A model generated the notes under the pieces. The model worked only from the letters and a program-made list of their open reading frames with translations, was not told the origin of the DNA and searched no databases. This document shows positions 25,911 to 40,800 of a stretch of DNA of 64,000 nt, in pieces. Both the position numbers and the translations under genes were made by a program. This DNA comes from Eledone cirrhosa (lineage: Eukaryota): positions 21,328,001-21,392,000 of the forward strand of contig OZ024745.1 of the NCBI GenBank assembly GCA_964016885.1. The letters are read 5' to 3'. Position 1 is the first letter of the stretch; each line of letters begins with the position of its first letter.

Positions 25911-27863
25911 AAGATTTCGCTTCAAGCATAGCTTTATACAATACTAGCAGTGGTACCCGGCGTTGCACGGGATAAGGTATTTTGGAACGCGGGTCGCCAA
26001 CAGACCTAATCGTGGAAAAACTGCATGCCTGGAAAATATGTAAAGAAAATAAACCGAATACTATGATGGCTGGATAATCTAAGATTTTCCTCGATGAAGC
26101 AGGAAAAATGCAGGTTTTCACCTAATGCGGGCCCTAGGGAATCAAGAAAATGAATTTTTTTATGTGCATAATATGCCTTGAAATTTAGGGAAAATCGGCT
26201 AGACCTCAAAAAAGCCCTAAAAAGCTGAAAAAATGAAGTTTTTCACCTAATGCGGGCTCTAGGCCATAAAAAAGTTCGATTTTCTTTGTTCACGGTATGA
26301 AGAAAAGACTGACTAATACATGGTTACAATTTCAAGGAAATCGGTCTGACGTAACGCCTAAAAAAAACCCCTAAAAAGCTGAAAAACGCAGTTTTTCACC
26401 TAATGCGGGCCCTAGGGGATCAAAAAGTTGAATTTTTTATGTGCATAACGCTCCATGAAACATAAGTAATACACATGTATAAATATATATGTTATCTATA
26501 CGGTGAAATCTTTGAAATAAATATATGTTAAAACGAAAAAGGAGAAAATAAATAACTGGCGGTTAGAAAAAAATATTCCTATGAAATTTTAATCATACTA
26601 TTAGGTGTGAATAAGGAAATATTTTTTTATTGTCAAAACAAATGTTCAAAAGTTAAACTTCAATTTTTTGAATTATTTCCAATTTTTTCATGAAATTGAA
26701 CACTGGACATTGGCTGCTGGAAATGGAAATTAAATCGTATTTAATTGTATTTAAATTTCTAAGCTTATTTTATTATTTATATTTTTTCAATAAGAAATAA
26801 AAAAAAAATCAACAAAAAAAATTGAAGAAAAAAATTGAACAAATCAAACGTAGGTTATGGAACTGCGCAATCTGATTAATAAATTACCTCATCAGCAGCA
26901 ACCTTCTTCAAATGGTCCTTATTATCAGCAGCAACAACCACAAATTCAATGGCAACCTTCTTCAAACCACAAATTCAATGGCAACTTTCTTCAAATGGTC
27001 CTTATTATCAGCAGCAACAACCACAAATTCAATGGCAACCTTCTCCAAACCACAAATTCAATGGCAACCTTCTTCGCATGGTGTCAAGTCAGAACCGCCT
27101 CGAACTGGTTACTTCTGGCTTGTGCAAGGTGTCTCTATAGCAACCAGCAATTCCCTCGGCCTCAGTGACCAAAGTCAGTGGAGAGGGGAAGGTAATGTTT
27201 CTATAGCGACAGTGTTTCTCTTGGTAGTACCAAAGTGGAGAAAGGAAGGGGAAGGTAATATTTCTGTAGCACGTGTTTTAGCGTCTATTCACTCTCTCTC
27301 CCCCTCTCTCCCTCCCGCTATCCCCCTCTCGTAGTCTGTTTCTTTCTTTCACTCTCACTCTCTCTCTCTACGCACGTGTTTCCACTGTCGGACAGACAGA
27401 CAGAGAAATTGTTGGTTATATATATAAGTAGATGAATAGAAAGTTCGTATTTCTAAAGAAATATGGTTTTAGCTATGCAAACACCGGAGGGCTAACGCCC
27501 TCTGGTGGTGTCCAGCAGAAGCAAGGGGGACAACCGTCTATGCATTTCAGGCTTGACTGGCCTTACTATTATAAGTTGAGCCTACTGATGCAGCTTCATA
27601 TGCAAATGAGATTAATCACCTCATTTACACAGACGAGAAAACAATATATATTCTCGACTGTTTTCAAGTCCAGCAATCGCAAGCGGTGGGAGGGACCGTC
27701 CTGACGAAGGTCAGTCAATCCTGAACTGCATAGACGGTTGTCTCCCTTGCTTATGCTGGACACCACGAGTGTTTGCATAGCTACGGCTTCCTAATACCGT
27801 ATTTCTTTAGAAATACGAAATTTCTATACATATTGTATAAAGTTATGCTTGAAGCGAAATTTT
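25911..27863. mobile_element. Foldback/MITE-like element with ~160-bp imperfect TIRs; left TIR split by a Helitron
   Basis: 25911-25943 joined to 27433-27564 is the reverse complement of 27707-27863; TA/GA microsatellites on both sides. Confidence 0.85.
25944..27432 (-). mobile_element. Non-autonomous Helitron (1489 bp)
   Basis: Minus strand starts TC (TCTACTTATATATA) and ends with hairpin CCCGTGCAACGCCGGG + 8 nt + CTAG; inserted between A and T with no TSD; internal tandem repeats. Confidence 0.9.
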
Positions 27864-27868
27864 ATTTA

Positions 27869-27947
<79 letters not shown>

Positions 27948-27982
27948 TACACATATATATATATATATGCACATACAAACAC

Positions 27983-28017
<35 letters not shown>

Positions 28018-28182
28018 CGTGTGTGTGTGTGTCTTTGTGAGTGTGTGTCTATATGTAGATTCATACATTTAGATGAACACAGAATATACACATACATATA
28101 TGTGTGTGTGTGCATGTGTGTGTCTCTATGTCTGTGTATATGTGCATAAACACACACACACGCACACGCACACGCACATAAA

Positions 28183-28510
28183 TAATTTCTTTATTAGCCA
28201 CACAGGGCTAACATTAAAGAAACAGAAAAGACGGTACAGGATAATACAGTGTGAGTTTTTTGTGCAAAATATAATGTATAACAGAATAAGAGAAATAAAC
28301 ATTTAAAAAAAAATAAATTCCTCAAAAGTCAGGAGACTTCAAGGGTCACTCGTGAAGAAATCCCACAAAAAGCCGTGGTCACCCTGTCCACTAGGGCAAA
28401 GTTCCCTCTCTCAGTTGTTCTCCTCCAATCTACAGGCTTATCCTCCAGACAGGCCTATGCACCACTCTCACTCACCTTTTAACAAACTGGTTGAAAGTCA
28501 CACCTAAATG
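28183..28510 (-). mobile_element. Tx1/L1-like LINE 3' fragment
   Basis: Minus-strand end GTGGCTAATAAAGAAAT is identical to the 3' end of the LINE at ~3247-3262; FVKR*VRV resembles FTERWVNV. Confidence 0.6.
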
Positions 28511-28662
28511 AAAGCAGATACGAGATGTTTATGTATATCAAAAATATATATGAAAAATTTAGTCTTGCTATGACTGTTTTAAGCAGTTATTATGAACACA
28601 GCTTAAACAACCATGAGACTTACGTATGTTTATTATACTTAAACATATTATACTTAAACATA

Positions 28663-28850
28663 GGGTGGTGGATTGGCAGTATCTGTAGAGAGTCGGACAC
28701 CATACTTTGCAGCCTAGAGTAACGGCCCTTTACGGTCTGAATTCAAATCCCACAGAGATTAACTTCGCCTTTCATCCTTATGGGGTCGATAAAATAATGT
28801 ACCAGTAATGCACTGGGGTAATCGCTGGCCTTATGCCAAAAGTAGAAACA
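28663..28850 (+). mobile_element. tRNA-derived SINE
   Basis: GGATTGGCAGTATC...AATTCAAATCC...GGGGTCGATAAAATAA; imperfect flanking duplication ATTATA(C/T)TTAAACATA. Confidence 0.85.
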
Positions 28851-28879
28851 ATTATATTTAAACATAATAATTATTATAT

Positions 28880-29495
28880 TTTCATTTATTGGCCACGAGG
28901 GCAAAAAATATTAGGGACAGTACAAAACCAAAACACAGAGAAAGACAAACAAGACATAGTGGGAAATTTACATCGAGTAAAATTTTGGTTTTAGTAATAC
29001 CACCACAGGCAGATTAATAGATACGTAATGATACATAGAACTAACATTACAGAAAAGATCCTCTAAATTAGTTTTAAAACGCCCACATGGTGTTATTCAG
29101 TACAACTTAAACACAAACTCGGGTTATTCTAACACACCAAAGCCAATACCTTCTCCTAGTTCTTGTCACCCTCCTATAGTTGATAGGTCAATGTTTATTT
29201 AGCCACACCATTTTTACCAATCTTAATCACCTTTCATAAAATTTACTGCAGAGCATCACCCTCCTCTCCACTATTAACTTCCCCCTCATGTTGTATTTGA
29301 AGATTTAGATGATGGTTTGTCCAGAAAGAAGAAACGCTGTACTCAGAACTTTTAACTCTTTAGCCACTGAAGAAGGATCATCCACTCTTCCTTGCCATCT
29401 TCGTCCCAGTCCTACATATGGTAACAGTTGTTCAAATTAAATATAGAAAGCAGCAATGCACGGACACTGGACAAGTGCGTGCCGGACAACACCAA
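28880..29495 (-). mobile_element. Decayed Tx1/L1-like LINE 3' fragment
   Basis: Minus strand VRHALVQCP (Zn-knuckle HxxxxC), KLIVERR; end CCCTCGTGGCCAATAAA. Confidence 0.6.
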
Positions 29496-30309
29496 GTGTA
29501 GCGAAGATATATTAGAAGATTTCATAAACGTAAATATTTAAAGAGGTCTGAATGGACAACAGAGACATAGGAATGAAAGATGGTGGGTGTCTGAGAGAAG
29601 AGAGAACGTGGCAGAGGAGAGAGTACGATGTAATATGAATGTGTGATAAGAGTGAATGGTTAAAAGTGATCATCAATATAACTAGAGTGTCGTAGAAACA
29701 AGAGTACCATAAATATACATAAGGATTGATACGGTGCAACAAGCTATACAGTAAATACTTAGAGCTGCATTTGTTTTTCAACGATTATGAATTGTTTATA
29801 GTAGATTGGTAGTCCTGTTAATGGAGCTAAATAAACAACAAAATACAAAAAAATAAATGAAAAATAAAAAGAAGTGGTGGTATGCTAATGGATTAAAAAA
29901 GCGAAATGTTGGTTAGCAAAAGATAAGAATTTTATAACATAGTGGAAATTATTGGTAAAAATATTGACAATAGTTTTTAAATTTGTGGAACTTACTAGTA
30001 AAAACTTGATAAGAAGATGGGAAATTAGAAAAAGTACGATAAGAAAATAAATTATTGGAGCTTATGAATAAACCAAAATAAATATTACGAAGAAATGGCG
30101 GATAAATAGCGGATCGCTAAGGCCAAGTGGTGGAATTAACGATAAAATTTGTGGTGGGTTGAATTAATGAAAAATCCTATAACAAACGTGGGAAATTAAT
30201 ATCTGACAAAAAAATACAATAACATTTTATAATGAAATAATTGGAGTAATCTAAAATATATTAAAATATTTTTAAAATAGTAGCTTCCATCTTAGGAAGT
30301 ATGGTATCT

Positions 30310-30600
30310 TCTTGGTTTCAGTTTTCAAATGTGCTTTGAATGAGAGGTAGCTTTTTCTCTTGATATGTCCGAAAGATAATATCTGCAGGTCGTACCAGGT
30401 CTTGAAGTGGGTAGCAGTGAGGCTGATGAAAATCTTGATAGGCCGGTAACCTGTTCATGGGTTTAACCAAGAGTTTTATATGCAACAGGGCATGCATCGA
30501 TCGAAAACACAAACTCATAGATTAGATTACGAAAAGACCGAAATCAAGAACCTCATCAACAGAATCCCACAAACTGATAAACCACCGAACGTAATGCAGA
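30310..30600 (-). pseudogene. Possible very decayed CR1/L2-type APE endonuclease C-terminal fragment
   Basis: Frame-broken similarity to SID...TGLSDFH...P.II.RTY (seen as SIDAC, VTGLS, QDFH, PADIIFRTY). Confidence 0.3.
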
Positions 30601-30853
30601 TGATCAAAGAGATATATAAATGTTAACTTAAAAATAAAAGTTGTAAACTTCATGACCAAAATTGTTATAGTGATCTCCGGGGAACGAGAATTCTCATCGG
30701 TTAACTATGTCCTTACAACAAGGAACATTTCGCAATGCATTTTCATACATTACATACCAAATAATTATATGGGATCGCATCAGTTTATAACGTTACAGTT
30801 ATATATTAAATTCCAGTCAAAACAAGCGGAATAACTAAGAAGACTTTAATAAC

Positions 30854-31035
30854 TGTTTCTACTTTAGGCACAAGGCCAGCATTTACACAGTACATTACTG
30901 GTACTTTATTTTATCGACCCCGTAAGGATGAAAGGCAAAGTTAACCTCGGCGGGATTTGAACTCAGACTGTAAAGGGACGTAACTATGCTAGAAAGCATG
31001 GCGTCCGACCCTCCACCGATACTGCTAATCCACCG
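30854..31035 (-). mobile_element. tRNA-derived SINE with 17-bp target-site duplication
   Basis: SINE core; AAGAAGACTTTAATAAC at 30837-30853 and 31036-31052. Confidence 0.9.
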
Positions 31036-31591
31036 AAGAAGACTTTAATAACATTGGAATATAAACCAAACGTCATTGCACCGATACAGTATACCAGAAA
31101 CCAGCTCTAATAACTGCCGTGTTTTAACTGCGGAGATCAAATATTCACGATTCCCTACCACTCCCATGACACCTAATGTCCACTGGTAAGCAATAAGTCA
31201 CTTGTATGACTACTTTATTTGTGAAGGCCGAAGGAAATACGAAAATTACTTAATAAACTACATCGAATTGGAGCATAGTTCTGTTCTCAATATAACTGCT
31301 ACATACTTAATAAGTATAAATGTATGTATATAGTATATATAAATCTATAATATATACATACATTTATATATACATACATATTTTACATTGAGCTACTTAT
31401 CTTACTGGTGATCGGATAATATACAATATTACCCTTATCTTAATTATATTTCTATATATAAGTATAACTATATATATAGAAGGAAGTGTGGAAAGGAACC
31501 AGGTGGACCATAACGCACCAGAGTACTCGATATTTAGGGTAGTAGAGTGGGAAATAGGAAGAGAGTCAGGACCCCTGCGTCTCTTCCTATA

Positions 31592-31660
<69 letters not shown>

Positions 31661-31679
31661 CATATGTGTGTATATGTGT

Positions 31680-31744
<65 letters not shown>

Positions 31745-32358
31745 TGTGTGTGTGTGTGTGTATATTACAAGTATTAACTCTCTTTATAATGACTTGAAGG
31801 GAATCCCCAAAATGCCATCAAGAATGTATCCTATACCAAATTCAGAAACGCACTTTTATATAGAATTAATTAAATTTTACAACATATCGTATTTTACCTA
31901 TTTTCCTGCCCAAACCTATTTCTAAATCTACACGAGGAGATAATTCCAAAGAATTTTATTTTCAAAAGATAAATAAGTATGTGAAAGAAAGATAAAAGCA
32001 AAATTAAATAATGAGAAAATGAGGAAAGGGTAAGGAGGGGCAGATCTAGCTGTATGGGAAGGTACAGGAAAAGACTATGAAAGCAACAAATGGGAAGAAA
32101 AGGACGGGTGAAGCAAGAACTCTAGGGCAACAGAAAAAAGGGGAGGGGAGAGACCTAGAGCGCGGTGGTGTGGGATTGCGCTCCGCCGACAAGCCCGCAA
32201 AAGCATTTCCACAGACAATGGCCAGCGAAACATATGTGACCTAACTTAGGTGTTCAGTTCTGATATCTAAAGTTAATTGAATACCAATCTACACGGTACT
32301 ATGAAATTGTTCTTGGTTCAAACCATACACTACATATAAAAAATGAACTGGTGATATA

Positions 32359-32645
32359 TTTTTCAACATAGTCCCTGGAAAGAGACAATGTAATTATAAA
32401 TAACAGTTGTAATTAATGCATTCAAGATTTTACAGCCCTAGCATTACTCCTTCGTAAGTTGTAAAACTCATAGGCTGACCAAGATACTCTGATGGAATGA
32501 CCAAAAGGTTTATTTTACAACATTGTCCCTAAAAAGAAACAACGAAGTTATTAATAAGAAGAGTTGAAATCAATGCATGTAAAATTTCACAGCTCTAGCA
32601 TCATTCTTCATAATCAGCTTATGAACTTTTCAGCCGACTCTTATA
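32359..32645. mobile_element. Tandem mariner-derived MITE fragments
   Basis: AAACTCATAGGCTGACCAAGATACTC ... TATGAACTTTTCAGCC; same family as the 16.4- and 18.8-kb copies. Confidence 0.7.
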
Positions 32646-32739
32646 TGGAATTTATAGAATGAATATAATATATTTCTAGTGATTTTGACATTAAAAACTC
32701 CAGAGATTTTGGTTCTGTGCAGCAGAGTTGAGAGTAATA

Positions 32740-32908
32740 CCGTATTTCCCGGCGTCGAAGACAGACGCTACTTTTCCCCTAAAATATGTCTCAAAAATCT
32801 ACCATGCGTCCTGGAGGCCGAAGGTTGTTTATTATTTCAAATATTTTTGGTTGTCAAAATTAGGGTGCGTCCTCGGGGACGAAGTGTCTTCGGCGCCGGG
32901 AAATACGG
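32740..32908. mobile_element. 169-bp MITE of Tc1/mariner (Tc2/pogo-like) type
   Basis: TIRs CCGTATTTCCCGGCG(T/C)CGAAGAC at both ends; TA dinucleotide on each side. Confidence 0.85.
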
Positions 32909-33049
32909 TATTTTCTATATTGGCACAAAACACAAAACCAGAAATTTGGGATGCCCCCTAAATTATGTAAAACTGTACAATCTGGTATGATGTTCATTTG
33001 TCACCAGCTTGGTCGTTCTTCTGCAGGTGACCACAACTCTCGTTCGCTC

Positions 33050-33462
33050 ATTTCAGCATTACTATGTTCTGGATTTCACATTCTGTGTTCGAAATTTCTC
33101 GCTGAGGTCACCTTTGCCTTTCGTCTTTCCAGATCGATAAAATAAAGTACCATTCAATCACTGGGGTTGATTTTGTCAACTTTGCCCCACCCCACCGAAA
33201 AAAAAAAATGTTTGGCTTTGTACCTAAATTAGAAATCAATATTTTCCTAATCGTGATCGTGGGTGTGCTGAGTCAGTAGAGCGTCGGACAAATATTTAGC
33301 GGTATTTGTTCCGGGTCTTTACATTCTGAGTTAAAATCCCGCCGAGGTCAACTTTGCCTTTCATCCTTCAGGGGTTATTAAAATAAAGTACCAGTCATAT
33401 ACTAGGGTTGATTTAATCAACTTTGCCCTTGCCCCTCAAATTAACTGGACTTGTGTCTAAAT
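33050..33462 (+). mobile_element. Two tandem tRNA-derived SINE copies
   Basis: Two GAGGTCA.CTTTGCCTTTC...AAAATAAAGTACC cores at ~33103 and ~33343. Confidence 0.8.
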
Positions 33463-33549
33463 GGGTTCCTGGGGTGGGTATGCTGGGTACAGGGTATAAG
33501 GTATGTAAATGTGTATATAAGCGAGAGATAGATGGGGCATGCGAGAGAG

Positions 33550-33599
<50 letters not shown>

Positions 33600-33681
33600 T
33601 GAGGGAATGTGTGTGTGTTAGTGTGTACCCCGTATATCACAGTATATTTACTGATAAAATGACAAGTCAGTCAATCATATT

Positions 33682-33868
33682 GGTGGCCTCCCCACAGCCC
33701 CGGCGGACAGAATGGAGAAGGCGTTTCCCCGGAGGACGGAAAGGGAGACGCGCTGGAAAAGCCATTCCAGCTGGCGAGGCTCACACCTGCGGCTGGCCAA
33801 CTCAGCGCCTATGGAGGTGAGTAGGGAGGTAGCCCTAGGGCCGAGAGGACACCAGAAGTCTCCACTGT
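33682..33868 (-). mobile_element. Second CRE-like RLE fragment, closely similar to 8445-8625
   Basis: LGPRATSLLTSIGAELASRRCEPRQLEWLFQRVSLSVLRGNAFSILSA. Confidence 0.75.
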
Positions 33869-34562
33869 CTAAATTATAAATCAATATTTTACTAGTATTA
33901 GAAACTATTCGATATTTACATTTCACTGAGTAATACTATTTTCAACTAAGTGATGTCTTTTATAACAAAAGAATATTTGTGATTAACGTGGATCTATTGT
34001 CTTAGGTGTTCTTTGATTGGGATTCTTTTCTTTTGTTAGATTATATTTCTGAAATATGCTTTCGTCTTTCTTTGTGTGATTTACAATGTTTTTTTTTCTT
34101 CTTCTCTTTAGATTTATTTCGTTAAGAATTAATGTTTACTTCTATATTCTATTTTTCAGTCTTTATATTTATAATTATATTTCTTTATTTTCTACATAGT
34201 TTGCTTAGGTTTAAATATATTCAAATATTCATATAATAGAAACTGTGTGGAAGAACCTACTTTGCTTTGTGACTATTGCGGCTGCGCTGGATGTATTAAT
34301 TATTTTATCCTGATGATTGTTTATGACCGCCCACTTTCTCATATTTTCTACTTAACTTTTTTTTATGTTTTAAGCTAGTCTTTCTTTGATCAGGGGTAAC
34401 AACCTCTATCAAATGAGTTTAATTCTTTAGCTATATCCATCTTTAGATTATTATCAAATACAATATGTCCAGTTTGAGATGATTCTACTGTTAGATTTTT
34501 CTCTGTATGCTTATATGTAAATATGTGTACAAACACACACACACACAAACACACACACATGC

Positions 34563-37555
<2,993 letters not shown>

Positions 37556-37867
37556 ACATATATATATATGTATGTTGAAAATAGAATTAGAAGCTTTCAT
37601 CGTATATTGACTAAAGAAAATAGTCTAATATTAGGGAATATGGACCACCATCACGGAAAAAAGGGCATTCGCCTAATATTACACTACGTTCTGTAGTTGT
37701 ATGAAATACTAAGATGAGGAGCCTAACAGAAAAACCCACGTAATCGTCGCCCTTTGATAAATAACAACGTAATATATCCCTAAAAATCAACATTAGCATC
37801 GTGACATAGGTGTGACATATTGGTTAATATAATCCTAGATCTGCATTATCTGGGAAAAAGACGGGGT

Positions 37868-40800
37868 GGTATTGAAAAGACAGTATTTGACCAAAGTTCT
37901 GTTGTGAGGGTATTAACAAGATAGTATTTGACCATAGGTCTGTTGTGAGGGTATTGACAAGACAGTAATTGACCATAGATCTGTTGTGAGGGTATTGACA
38001 AGACAGTATTTGACCAAAGGTCTGTTGTGAGAGTATTGACAAGACAGTATTTGACCATAGGTCTGTTGTGAGGGTATTGACAAGACAGTATTTGACCATA
38101 GGTCTGTTGTGAGGGTATTGACAAGATAGTATTTGACCATAGGTCTGTTGTGAGGATATTGACAAGACAGTATTTGACCAGAAGTCTGTTGTGAGGATAT
38201 TGACAAGACAGTATTTGACCATAGGTCTGTTGTGAGGGTATTGACAAGACAGTATTTGACCATAGGTCTGTTGTGAGGATATTGACAAGACAGTATTTGA
38301 CCATAGGTCTGTTGTGAGGATATTGACAAGACAGTATTTGACCATAGGTCTGTTGTGAGGGTATTGACAAGATAGTATTTGACCATAGGTCTGTTGTAAG
38401 GGTATTGACAACACAGTATTTGACCATAGGTCTGTTGGAGCGTATTGACAAGACAGTATTTGACCATAGATCTGTTGTAAGGGTATTGACAAGACAGTAT
38501 TTGACCATAGGTCTGTTGTGAGGGTATTGACAATACAGTATTTGACTATAGGTCTGTTGTGAGGATATTGACAAGACAGTATTTGACCATAGGTCTGTTG
38601 TGAGGGTATTGACAAGATAGTATTTGACCATAGGTCTGTTGTGAGGATATTGACAAGACAGTATTTGACCAGAAGTCTGTTGTGAGGATATTGACAAGAC
38701 AGTATTTGACCATAGGTCTGTTGTGAGGGTATTGACAAGACAGTATTTGACCATAGGTCTGTTGTGAGGGTATTGACAAGACAGTATTTGACCATAGATC
38801 TGTTGTAAGGGTATTGACAAGACAGTATTTGACCATAGGTCTGTTGTGAGGGTATTGACAATACAGTATTTGACTATAGGTCTGTTGTGAGGATATTGAC
38901 AAGACAGTATTTGACCATAAGTCTGTTGTGATGGTATTGATAAGATAGTATTTGACCATAGGTCTGTTGTGAGGGTATTGACAAGACAGTATTTGACCAT
39001 AGGTCTGTTGTGAGGGTATTGACAAGACAGTATTTGACGATAGGTCTGTTGGAGCGTATTGACAAGACAGTATTTGACCATAGATCTGTTGTGAGGGTAT
39101 TGACAAGACAGTATTTGACCATAGGTCTGTTGTGAGGGTATTGACAAGACAGTATTTGACCATAGGTCTGTTGTGAGGGTATTGACAAGACAGTATTGAC
39201 CATAGATCTGTGGTTATGGTATTGACAAGATAGTATTTGACCATAGGTCTGTTGTGAGGGTATTGACAAGACAGTATTTGAACATGGGTCTGTTGTGAGG
39301 GTATTGACAAGACAGTATTTGACCAAAGGTCTGTTGTGAGGGTATTGACAAGACAGTATTTGACCATAAGTGTGTTGTGAGGGTATTGACAAGACAGTAT
39401 TTGATCATAGGTCTGTTGTGAGTGTATTGACAAGATAGTATTTGATCATAGGTCTGTTGTGAGGGTATTGACAATACAGTATTTGACCATAAGTCTGTTG
39501 AGATGGTATTGATAAGATAGTATTTGACCATAGGTCTGTTGTGAGGGTATTGACAAGACAGTATTTGACCAAAGGTCCGTTCTGTGGGTATTGACAAGAT
39601 AGTATTTGACCATAGATCTGTTGTGAGGGTATTGACAAGACAGTATTTGACCAGAAGTCTGTTGCGAGGGTATTGACAAGAGAGTATTTGATCATAGGTC
39701 TGTTGTGAGGGTATTGACAAGATAGTATTTGACCATAGATCTGTTGTGAGGGTATTGACAAGACAGTATTTGACCAAAGGTCCGTTCTGAGGGTATTGAC
39801 AATACAGTATTTGACCACAGGTCTGTTGTGAGGCTATTGACAATACAGTATTTGACCAGAAGTCTGTTGTGAGGGTATTGACAAGACAGTATTTGACCAT
39901 AGATCTGTGGTGAGGGTATTGACAAGACAGTATTTGAACATAGGTCTGTTGTTAGGGTATTGTCAAGACAGTATTTGACCATAGGTCTGTTGTGAGGCTA
40001 TTGATAAGTTAGTATTTGACTATTGGTCGGTTGTGGGGGTATTGACAAGACAGTATTTGACGATAGGTCTGTTGTGAGGGTATTGACAAATTAGTATTTG
40101 AACATAGGTCTGTTGTGGGGGTATTGACAAGACAGTATTTGACCATAGATCTGTTGTGAGGGTATTTACAAGACAGTATTTGACCATAGATCTGTTGTGA
40201 GGGTATTGACAAGATAGTATTTGACTATAGGTCTGTTGTGAGGGTATTAACAAGATAGTATTTGACCATAGGTCTGTTGTGAGGGTATTGACAAGACAGT
40301 AATTGACCATAGGTCTGTTGTGAGGGTATTGACAAGACAGTATTTGACCATAGGTCTGTTGTGAGGTTATTGACAAGACAGTAATTGACCATAGATCTGT
40401 TGTGAGGGTATTGACAAGACAGTATTTGACCAAAGGTCTGTTGTGAGGGTATTGACAAGACAGTATTTGACCATAGGTCTGTTGTGAGGGTATTGACAAG
40501 ACAGTATTTGACCATAGGTCTGTTGTGAGGGTATTGACAAGATAGTATTTGACCATAGGTCTGTTGTGAGGATATTGACAAGACAGTATTTGACCAGAAG
40601 TCTGTTGTGAGGATATTGACAAGACAGTATTTGACCATAGGTCTGTTGTGAGGGTATTGACAAGACAATATTTGACCATAGGTCTGTTGTGAGGGTATTG
40701 ACAAGACAGTATTTGACCATAGGTCTGTTGTGAGGATATTGACAAGACAGTATTTGACCATAGGTCTGTTGTGAGGATATTGACAAGACAGTATTTGACC

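Noticed and set aside
27600-27607. Octamer ATGCAAAT as a regulatory site
   Set aside because: A single 8-mer inside a transposon spacer, with no associated gene.
30420-30520. CTGATGA as a hammerhead core (also at ~15513, ~34310, ~2191)
   Set aside because: No stem II followed by GAAA and a cleavage triplet.
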